This document shows, piece by piece, positions 57,401 to 64,000 of a stretch of 64,000 nt of DNA. The stretch lies in the IMG/VR virus record IMGVR_UViG_3300011211_000031, positions 1 to 64,000 of that record, one strand, 5' to 3'. This DNA comes from an uncultured virus (IMG/VR IMGVR_UViG_3300011211_000031) (lineage: Duplodnaviria > Heunggongvirae > Uroviricota > Caudoviricetes). Numbering within the stretch: the stretch's first letter is position 1; the number at the start of each line of letters is the position of its first letter. The notes below the pieces were generated by a model. That model ran no database searches and was not told the DNA's origin. It saw nothing but the letters and a program-made list of their open reading frames with translations. Position numbers and translations under genes: made by a program.

Positions 57401-57798
57401 CGGCGCTGCTCCAAACAGCCCCGCTCTTGATCTGCCTTGTGGTCCAGCCACGCGTCTATCGAGCACTGCTCGCCCTTGAGGAACGCCACGTCCTCACGCA
57501 GGCGTTTCTCTGCCAATGCCACGTTCAACGCTTGAACCAAGGCCGCGCGTTGGGCGTTGGGCAACCCGTCGGCCCTTACTTCCCGGCCCTGCCCAAGATG
57601 GAACGTGATGTCGGTCCAGAAGGTGCCGGTGTTGACGCGGTATGTGGCCTCGTCCTCGACGTTGACCCGGTGGGTGCACCCGTCCAGCGCCAAGGCGAGC
57701 TCCAAGCCCTCAAGGCGCAAACGCCAATCCGATGATCCCGTTACGTGTCGGCCCACCCACGACGGGGTCCATTCCTTCGCCACCCTTTTGCTGTCCAT
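54475..57798 (-). CDS. UvrD/HelD (helicase IV)-like SF1 helicase with inserted nuclease-like segment and C4 zinc ribbon
   Basis: ASAGSGKT, DEFQD, VGDDWQSINRF, TIHRSKG, EERRLFYVALTRAR; insert VKSMEE...YRPDFY...EHF; CPAC...CSNFPVC. Confidence 0.92.
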   Translation of the reverse strand: MDSKRVAKEWTPSWVGRHVTGSSDWRLRLEGLELALALDGCTHRVNVEDEATYRVNTGTFWTDITFHLGQGREVRADGLPNAQRAALVQALNVALAEKRLREDVAFLKGEQCSIDAWLDHKADQERGCLEQRRWFTHEQQEDVLAARPKMDAAVLRSRLKKPGVAVRLGPAAQAIERSLAAWEADHRPAWAALNAAHVDRELVACKDLLDRVESKPLTPEQARAVVCFDNRVQVVASAGSGKTSTMVAKAAYAIQRGFVDPKRIVLLAFNKQAAVELKDRAALAFERLGMAEVSVEASTFHALGLRLIGKATGETPDIPEWATDAAGGVRKLTDIVGQLKDRSPAFRRQWDLFRFVFGKDLPAFGAPEPSDVWDAQGKGALVTNRGERVKSMEEVMIANLLFLNGVNYCYEASYPHRTADELHRQYRPDFYYSDLNLFHEHFALDASGVPPAHFQGYMEGVIWKRQLHVEKGTALFETTSHGLRHGDDLDRLEHELTSRGLVLDPNPYRKIPEGGQKPMADIELVGLLRTFMSHAKSNGLSPSDLQGRLDAMPADTFKLRYQIFLDIAAQVMAAWDEALAAEDGIDFEDMLNLAAGHLENGRVESPYDLVMADEFQDASRARARLCRALVQEKGRFFFAVGDDWQSINRFAGADVSVMTGFRQWFGHGQVLKLEQTFRCPQALCDVSSAFVSKNRGQIAKRVYSATPAQGPVLQAFQVDTKDQLADAIDQFVVNLAEGVRDGTIQPGRNGKVSIYVLGRYNADQQYVPMRQGRFNRWVDVSFLTIHRSKGSEADYVILPEMISAPRRRSFPNTRTDDPVLALAMPEGDTFPLGEERRLFYVALTRARRSVAMFTARGQRSMFLRELVEDGILGITDTDGETVKEEACPACKQGVLVLRTGPYGEFRSCSNFPVCSYKPRRRGVAPSPLATPPPLPKRAPVVPPSQPVRHVSIPQAAPPRRTLSSILESFNNGLAEINRNVSRASAVQNATSDLKHRIFVERSRVESALELARSEISLKEKLKDPRFKDAYESLSEALEAHRNPPLDMPEKTPLPTFSRSQRHPDEEFEAAIQRSFDGLSEHREAFLSGTYGQLASDLVLRRHFFASL

Positions 57799-57839
57799 GC
57801 CCCGCGATCATCCAACGCCAAAGTGAGAAGCTGATCACG

Positions 57840-58205
57840 TCATGATAAAGCGTGAAGGCCTGCTTGGGCGGCCACCTTGGCCAGCGCAGGGCGCCAAGTC
57901 CCCTTGGCCATGCGTTGCTGGACACGGACGCGATAGGCGTCGGGTGAGGGGGCCGGGGTAGGGCGCTTGTGTCGCCGCAGGTTGCACAGGTGGCACGCGG
58001 CCACGACGTTGTCTGCCACGTCCTTCCCGCCGTCCTGGCGGGGCAGCAGGTGTTCTGCCGTGCACCGAAAAGGGGCGGCCGAACGGGGGCGCAGGCCCAA
58101 CTCGTCGGGCGAGCACAGCCACATTGGACCGCTGCAGTAGTAGCAACGGCCTAGCTGGGCGTGAAAAGAATGGGTGCGCAGGGTTTTGAGGGTCTTCGTG
58201 CTCAA
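57840..58205 (-). CDS. Small HNH endonuclease
   Basis: CYYC...TAEHL.PR.DGG.D...NVVAACHLCN. Confidence 0.85.
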   Translation of the reverse strand: MSTKTLKTLRTHSFHAQLGRCYYCSGPMWLCSPDELGLRPRSAAPFRCTAEHLLPRQDGGKDVADNVVAACHLCNLRRHKRPTPAPSPDAYRVRVQQRMAKGTWRPALAKVAAQAGLHALS

Positions 58206-58363
58206 CGGCGGGCTCCGGAATCGAAAAGGATTCCCGCGCCCCCATTGGGTGGACCTCGGGCACCCGGAGCCTATTGGCTATGCGGGCACAACACCGACGC
58301 TTTAGCGACCGGCAAAGCCGTTATATTCCAGTCTCGCCGAGTATTCAATACATAGCCCAACGG

Positions 58364-59329
58364 CTAAACTTTAGTGGACTCGCGCCCATGGTATGCTGGC
58401 GTGCGCGTCGGTTGGTCCGTATCATCGCTAAGTCCTAGGCCCAATGAACTGGCCGCCTGAAAACGTCCGCCACGAAGCCGTTCAGGCGGCGTTGAGCTCT
58501 TGGGCGACTGGTAGTCCAAGGTGGAGTGTAGCCGGGACGGATTGTAGAAGCCGAGGATGTAGTTGGTAATTGCTTTGCCAGCTTCTTCCTGCGTGGGGTA
58601 GACGCCACTGGCCTCTTCAGCCTTCAGCGTGGCGAAGAAGCTCTCGACCACCGCGTTGTCCCAGCAATTACCAGGACGGCTCACGCTTTGGACAACCCCT
58701 CGCCGCTGCAGTAGCAGTTGATACTGGACGCCGATGTACTGCCCGCCACGGTCGGAGTGGAAGATCAGGCCGGGCGTTTGCGGGTGTGCGCCCCAGGCAT
58801 TGTTGAACGCCTGTACCACCAGTTCCTCGGTTATACGGGAGGAGACGCTGTAACCAAGCACCTGTCGGGTCTGCACGCTCACAACCACGGCCAGGTACAG
58901 CCAGCCCTGCTTGGTTGGGATATACGTGATGTCACCGACCCATGCCGCAAGGCCCGACCCAACGTCGAAACGGCGCTCAAGCAGATTGGCTGGAAGTGAA
59001 CTCGGCGCAGGCGCCGATCTACGCTTGAAACCGCCTTTGATTTTGCCGCAGATCTGCTCCTGGGCCATCAGTCGCGCCACGCGCTTGGGGCCAATGCGGT
59101 GATTGCGGGCACGCAGCTCTTTGACCAACCGGCGCCGGCCATAGGTGCGCCGGCTGGCTGTATGGATACTCCGAAGTTCAGCACGTATGCCCGCGTCGGC
59201 ATCGACCGCTGTGCTTTGCTTCATGCGGCGCAGGTAGTCATGAAAACCGGACGCTGACACGCGTAGCACCCGGCACAGCAGGCCAAGTGGGTACTGAGTC
59301 CTATGGGCAGCGGCGAAGGCGTATCTCAC
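58364..59329 (-). CDS. IS3 transposase OrfB (C-terminus frameshifted, runs past the IR)
   Basis: WVGDITYI, HSDRGGQY, DNAVVESFF..LK.E DDE motifs. Confidence 0.9.
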   Translation of the reverse strand: MRYAFAAAHRTQYPLGLLCRVLRVSASGFHDYLRRMKQSTAVDADAGIRAELRSIHTASRRTYGRRRLVKELRARNHRIGPKRVARLMAQEQICGKIKGGFKRRSAPAPSSLPANLLERRFDVGSGLAAWVGDITYIPTKQGWLYLAVVVSVQTRQVLGYSVSSRITEELVVQAFNNAWGAHPQTPGLIFHSDRGGQYIGVQYQLLLQRRGVVQSVSRPGNCWDNAVVESFFATLKAEEASGVYPTQEEAGKAITNYILGFYNPSRLHSTLDYQSPKSSTPPERLRGGRFQAASSLGLGLSDDTDQPTRTPAYHGRESTKV

Positions 59330-59680
59330 TTGGACTCTCTCGCAAAGAACGCCGCCGCTTTTTTTAGGATTTCCCGCTCCATCCGCAGGGTGGCATTTTC
59401 CGCCCGCAGGCGACTGAGCTCGCTCTCCAGATCGGTAGCCTGCCGGCGGGTCTGCGAACTCAGCGACCGGCCTGCGCGGACGGCCTCGATCCAGTTGGTC
59501 AGGGTCTTGACCGAAATCTCCAATTGCCGGGCCGCGGCTGCCGGGCCTAGCGACTCGGCCAAGGTCACGGCCTGGTGCTTGAACTCATCTGTATAACTGC
59601 GGCGACTGATAGGGGACATGTGGACCTCCAAGTGCGACCAAGTATCGCTTCTTGGCGTACGTCCTTGGGGGGCCAGTTCA
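58445..59680 (-). mobile_element. IS3-family insertion sequence
   Basis: Imperfect 28 bp terminal IRs beginning TGAACTGGCC (22/28 identical); orfA/orfB with A7G slippery run. Confidence 0.92.
59326..59619 (-). CDS. IS3 transposase OrfA
   Basis: YTDEFK..AV, HTH, LRAENA.LRMEREILKKAAAFF. Confidence 0.9.
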   Translation of the reverse strand: MSPISRRSYTDEFKHQAVTLAESLGPAAAARQLEISVKTLTNWIEAVRAGRSLSSQTRRQATDLESELSRLRAENATLRMEREILKKAAAFFARESK

Positions 59681-60386
59681 TGAGCGTCTCATTCTCGTTC
59701 ACGCGAACGAGGATATGCAGGATCTCAAACGACGTGTTCGGCAGGAATTGAAGGCGAGAGGGCAGGTGGATAAGGAAGACTTCACGTTTCGCTCTATCGG
59801 TAAAAATAAGGTCTTTCGTGACCTTGCGTTGAGCCGGGGTGATCAGGTCATCTTCAACGTCAAAGATGAAGGCCTGGATGTCATCAACGGGACCAAGGGG
59901 ACGGTGAAGAGCATCAGGCGAAGCAGTGCGGGTGGGGTGAGCCTTGGCGTCGATATCGAGCGCACCGGGGTCACGAAGACGATCCGTTTTGACTCGCACT
60001 AATACAGTGCACTTGATCGGTCGTATTGCTCAACGATCCATAAGGCCCAAGGGCAGGGGAAGACCGATATCTTCCATCTAGGCCATGCTGGGATGACCGA
60101 CAACCAGAGCGCTTTGGTGGCCTTTACCCGACTAACGAAAGGCAGCTACACCTTATTTGCCGATTCGATGAGCCTGGACCAGATCAAAGGAAAGCTTGGG
60201 CAACAGCGGCTCAAAGAGAACGCCATCGAGGTGAAGAAGCCTATGCGGGCGAAGCGGCCCGACCTTAAAAACGAGTTTGAGCAGTTGGGTCAGCAGCTGG
60301 GGCAAAAATTAAAGGTCAATTCCGGCTTCGTTGAACGTTTGATCGCTCGTCGGCTAAGACAAGCCAGGGCTGCTCTAACACGTTGA
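59681..60386 (+). pseudogene. C-terminal helicase part of a MobA/TraA-like relaxase, truncated by IS3, with internal stop
   Basis: GDQVIF...VINGTKGTV; stop at 60000-60002; YCSTIHKAQG and VAFTR motifs continue in frame. Confidence 0.75.
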
Positions 60387-60437
60387 TTTACATAAAAATG
60401 TGTTGTAAAGTTCTATTCGCCAGGAGTTCCTGGGATA

Positions 60438-60926
60438 TTGGGGTATGTCATGGTTTACGACTATGATGTGGATGAAGGACAGGCCCAGTTGCGTCACCAG
60501 CAGCTCATCAACGATGAGCGGGCGAGCATTGACAGGCGTCGTATTAGCACCCGGCAGAAGTTGCTCAATCAAGCTCTTCAAAACGGCAGCTTGATCCATG
60601 AGAATGCTGCGCTGGAAAAGAACGTAGCGGTGTTGGAAGGGCGCGTCGCTCTGCTTGAGGCTCAGCTTGAATCGGTCTCCTCGCTGGCAAGAGCAAAGCT
60701 CATCAACAGTGCTGCCTTGTTAAAAACTATCCGACACCTTCGAGATGCCTGGGGGAGTGACCAACCTAATTCCAGCGTTAGAAGTGAAATTGATGATTCT
60801 CTGGATGGTTATTACAAAGACAGCACTGAAATCTGTAAAGTTGACCGTGATCTGCTTACCAATATCAGTGGGCAAATTCAGTCGTCCATCGATGGCGCTA
60901 AGCCAGCAAGGCGCAAACTGCCTTAG
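60438..60926 (+). CDS. Coiled-coil hypothetical protein
   Basis: 162 aa ORF followed by a terminator. Confidence 0.65.
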   Translation: MGYVMVYDYDVDEGQAQLRHQQLINDERASIDRRRISTRQKLLNQALQNGSLIHENAALEKNVAVLEGRVALLEAQLESVSSLARAKLINSAALLKTIRHLRDAWGSDQPNSSVRSEIDDSLDGYYKDSTEICKVDRDLLTNISGQIQSSIDGAKPARRKLP

Positions 60927-60932
60927 CTGCTC

Positions 60933-60956
60933 AAGCCGCCTTCGGGCGGTTTTTTT
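60933..60956 (+). terminator. Intrinsic terminator
   Basis: GCCGCC-TTCG-GGCGGT + T run. Confidence 0.85.
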
Positions 60957-61019
60957 GTCTATTCATTGACAAACGTGTGATCTGGCTTTTGATGAAAAGA
61001 CCCATCAGAGGAGATCACA

Positions 61020-61217
61020 ATGAATAACATCCCACATCCATTCTTGCTAACAGCTTTGCTTTTGAGCTTCGTCACCATGCTTGTGCTTTGGCCGAGCTAT
61101 GGAGCCACGGGTGCTCAGCTGGCTGCATACATGACCTCAGCTGCTCTTGCACTGACCCTATGCCTAATGCGCTTTAGGAAGATATTGGAGGCAGAGCGAG
61201 TAAAGGCCGAGCGATGA
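61020..61217 (+). CDS. Small two-TM protein
   Basis: GAGGAG RBS, TTGACA upstream. Confidence 0.65.
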   Translation: MNNIPHPFLLTALLLSFVTMLVLWPSYGATGAQLAAYMTSAALALTLCLMRFRKILEAERVKAER

Positions 61218-61711
61218 GGTCTCGAAGCTTTGCACTCGTCGAGCTCAGCCTTGTAGTCGGGCTAGCTGCGATAGCCGGTCTAGGTGCCTGGATGGCCTTC
61301 GGTCCTACTTCCGCTGGCACCAAGGTCCAACAAGAAGCGGCAAATCTGACCCAGCTGGCGGACGCCATCACTGCTGACTACGCTGTCGCAGTGGGGCGCT
61401 ACCAGGGCGTTGGCGTGGCAGCGGCTGTCGAGCGCAATTTGGCACCGTCAGCTTGGGTAGAGGGCCAGGAACTGCAATCCCGGACCTTAGGAAAAATCGA
61501 GCTCTCACCCATTCAAGGAGGGCAGGGCTTCCGAATCACCGCGACTGCTGTCCAGGTCGAGCTTTGCTCTGGTCTCGTGCAAGTCGCTTCCAAGGCCTTC
61601 TCTGAGGTCCACGTCAATGGCGTGCTGGTCTACTCTCGCCGATCTCTGAATCAGACCGCGTTAGCAGAGAGCTGTGCTGAGGGTGGGGAAGTCGCGTTTG
61701 ACCGGATCTAG
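61214..61711 (+). CDS. Type IV pilin-like protein (PilS-like)
   Basis: RS/FALVEL prepilin motif with E5, hydrophobic helix, C-terminal Cys pair, VNG. Confidence 0.7.
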   Translation: MRSRSFALVELSLVVGLAAIAGLGAWMAFGPTSAGTKVQQEAANLTQLADAITADYAVAVGRYQGVGVAAAVERNLAPSAWVEGQELQSRTLGKIELSPIQGGQGFRITATAVQVELCSGLVQVASKAFSEVHVNGVLVYSRRSLNQTALAESCAEGGEVAFDRI

Positions 61712-61816
61712 CCATTGAAAAAGCTATAGCTATGGTGACTGCATCCGTCTCGACGAGTAAGACTAGGGCATCGTATGCTTGGGCTTCAACCAACAGTGGA
61801 AGTAGGGGGGGGCGAC

Positions 61817-62047
61817 GTGGCAGAAGGAACAGGGGGCTCGGGTTCAGGCGGAATTTGGGCGTTGGTGATGAGTGTTGTCACTCTTCTTTTGAAGATCTGG
61901 GACTCTATTCCCGAAGAGCAAAAGAATAAAATCATCAATACTATTGTTGAAAGTTTCACGAAGACGTTCGAAGCTTTCTTCGATAAATTCCACGCATGGG
62001 TTAAAAGTGATAGCGCCGATGCTGCTCCGGAGATGACCCATGAGTGA
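61817..62047 (+). CDS. Small hypothetical protein
   Basis: GTG start after a G-rich RBS; amphipathic. Confidence 0.55.
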   Translation: MAEGTGGSGSGGIWALVMSVVTLLLKIWDSIPEEQKNKIINTIVESFTKTFEAFFDKFHAWVKSDSADAAPEMTHE

Positions 62048-62393
62048 TCGGAAATTCTCATTGTCGAGCTTCATTGCCGAAAGTAGTTCCGCATCCGCAG
62101 CAGGTAAGGCGCTGCCAAGCCCATCGGCTTCAACGGGTGGCGAGCTTGGACAGGTGGCGATAAGGATTGCGGATGGGATTTCTCCGATCTTGGCGATTTC
62201 TGGAATCAAGAAATCTGAGCAGCAGAAGTTCGAAGAGTCAGCCGTTGATCTCGTTACGTCCTCGGAATTTATCGATGGACTTAGCGAAAAAGTCGGGGTT
62301 CCGCTTGAAGGCGAGACCAAAGAGCAGTTTGTTAGCCGAGCGAAGTCGGAGTTGCGAACCCTCCTGACTCAGAAGTTGCTCAAAAAGAAGTAG
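62040..62393 (+). CDS. Hypothetical protein
   Basis: Coupled to the upstream gene; GETKEQFVSRAK. Confidence 0.65.
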   Translation: MSDRKFSLSSFIAESSSASAAGKALPSPSASTGGELGQVAIRIADGISPILAISGIKKSEQQKFEESAVDLVTSSEFIDGLSEKVGVPLEGETKEQFVSRAKSELRTLLTQKLLKKK

Positions 62394-62418
62394 AGAGCAA
62401 GTGCAACTCCTTTCATAG

Positions 62419-62442
62419 AACCCGTCTTCACGACGGGTTTTT
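62419..62442 (+). terminator. Intrinsic terminator between convergent genes
   Basis: AACCCGTC-TTCAC-GACGGGTT + T run. Confidence 0.75.
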
Positions 62443-62483
62443 CTTTGCCAGACTTGCGACTGTGCGCAAGCAGAGCTATCAGC

Positions 62484-63541
62484 TTACAGCAGTCCTAGCG
62501 CTTGAAGGGCTCTCACTTCGACGATGTCTACCTCACCGTTGGGCATGGTCTCAGCCGTAAAAGGTGCGTTGACGAAGTAGTCTTCGCCCTGCGGTGTGAT
62601 GTTAACGCCGGCATTGCCATAGCTCTCGATGACGACTTGCTTAAGCTCATCAAAGACAGCGAGTCCTGCTTTGTCATCCATCCGATTCCAAGTGCTTCGC
62701 AGTGCTGTCCAGAACCGAGGGATCAACTCAGTAAGCCCTGAATCGGCATAGGTCGGGCAAAGCACCTCAAGGTCCATCTCGTCCTGGTTGGCATCAAGGT
62801 GGCCGAGCAGATATGAGGCTAATTTAAGAGGCATAGCCGTGTGCGTGCCCGCTTGTATCAGCAGCGTGTCAACGCTGCCATGAACGCGGAAGTCCTTAAT
62901 CTTGTACCTTGCTCGCTCAAGATACAGCCCAGCTGATTCGTCGAAGTTCTTCGCATATTGCTCCTTCAATGCCTCAACATCAGCGATAAAGCCGGTGAGC
63001 CGACATGCAGCATATTCCTCCCAAACGGCCGTTGTGTGTGTAGGAATAGGTTGTCGGTGAAGTTGCCGTCCTTAAGCTGTTCATCAAGCCCTGGGGCTGA
63101 TTCGTCTCTCCATTTCAGCTCTGCAACGTGACCCAGCTCATGGGCAATCAAGTGCAGTGCTTGCTTATAGCCAGGGCTTGTGTTGTCAACGATGTCCTGG
63201 ATGAAGGCTGCGCTGTAGACGACATGTGTCTTCTCGATTCCGTCTCTTTTCACGCTTACGGCTTTGGCAATGCACTCAACTTCCGCAGTTGAAGTGAACG
63301 AGGGCGGTGATACGCCTGGCTCACCCATGTCAACGGCCGCAATGGCCGACGCGAAGTCATACCCGACTGTCACGCCTGCCAGTCGCTCGAGATCTAATAC
63401 GCGACTGCATACTGTAAGGGCGACAGATAGGTGCTCATAGAACACTTGAACGAACTCTTGGCTTGGGAACCCTAAAAGCGCAATTCTAAGGTTCTTGGGG
63501 ACCGTCGAAGCTGGCATATCTTGTATTGTCTTTTTTTCCAC
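62484..63541 (-). pseudogene. Zincin-like (HEXXH) protein split by a frameshift
   Basis: IAHELGH in the first frame; WEEYAACRL in the second; break at a CA repeat 63033-63041. Confidence 0.7.
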
Positions 63542-63614
63542 AACTGGCTCCGTGGATAGTGAATCTTAGCCGGCAGCTGACCCTATAACAGCAGCTGACC
63601 GCCTGAGCTGTGAG

Positions 63615-64000
63615 CTAAGGACTTGACTCCACGAAGGCTTCTGCTTCCTTGGTCAGGCCATTACACCCAGAACCAAGGCTATCGTAGAAGTCGCCAAAAT
63701 CACGTGTCATCAGAACGCAATGGATGCTGTAAATTGCAGATCGACGAATGTAAAGCTGGTCGTCTGGGTTCTGCTCTTTTAAGAGTTCAAAGAACCTTGC
63801 CCTGCCCATGAAGTATTGGTAGTCCCGTTGAGCGGCAATGGCCTTCTGCGCAACGAATTCAAGCGGATAAATTTCGAGATACTGCTTGACCTCAGGATGG
63901 CGATCAAGTTCGCCGGCTTCGTGATGTATTTCATACATCTCGTGGAAGAAGTGTGCCTCCACAAGCTTGGTGCTGAAATTTGCTCCGTGATATGCAAACG
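63615..64000 (-). CDS. Hypothetical protein, 5' part outside window
   Basis: Frame stays open to the window edge. Confidence 0.6.
   Translation of the reverse strand, partial: FAYHGANFSTKLVEAHFFHEMYEIHHEAGELDRHPEVKQYLEIYPLEFVAQKAIAAQRDYQYFMGRARFFELLKEQNPDDQLYIRRSAIYSIHCVLMTRDFGDFYDSLGSGCNGLTKEAEAFVESSP

Noticed and set aside
54475..57798. Gabija GajB call
   Set aside because: No adjacent OLD/TOPRIM GajA; helicase is much longer and HelD-like

Overview
About 51 kb of the window (1 to ~51,050) is an apparently intact lambdoid siphovirus prophage in a GC-rich host. A Xanthomonadaceae/Stenotrophomonas-like host is inferred from composition and gene content, and the left prophage end lies outside the window. 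The gene order is: leftward early operon (C5 methyltransferase, KTSC, YqaJ/RecT), immunity region (cI/cro with ATTACC-N4-GGTAAT operators), replication/nin genes, Q, tRNA-Tyr, hicAB, tRNA-Gly, lysis, head and tail genes, and a moron cluster (SRAP, BLUF, Ntn-hydrolase). It ends with a P4-like integrase beside a tRNA-Ser 3'-end att core. To the right are a decayed remnant of a related prophage, an HNH + HelD/UvrD helicase + HNH three-gene cluster (candidate defence system), an IS3 element, a relaxase/helicase relic, an orphan type IV pilin and AT-richer unknown genes. The most notable observations are: (1) a portal protein fused to an Acb1-like 2H phosphoesterase; (2) a CCA-ending tRNA-mimic RNA plus two isolated T-arms directly upstream of a KTSC gene; (3) antisense membrane-protein morons fully overlapped by operon-sense bridge ORFs, two of them coupled at both ends; (4) a Ser1 proteasome/HslV-like protein; (5) a prophage BLUF photoreceptor divergent from SRAP; (6) a swappable cargo slot between ninB and DUF1364. 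All family calls come from motif recognition by eye; no database searches were run.
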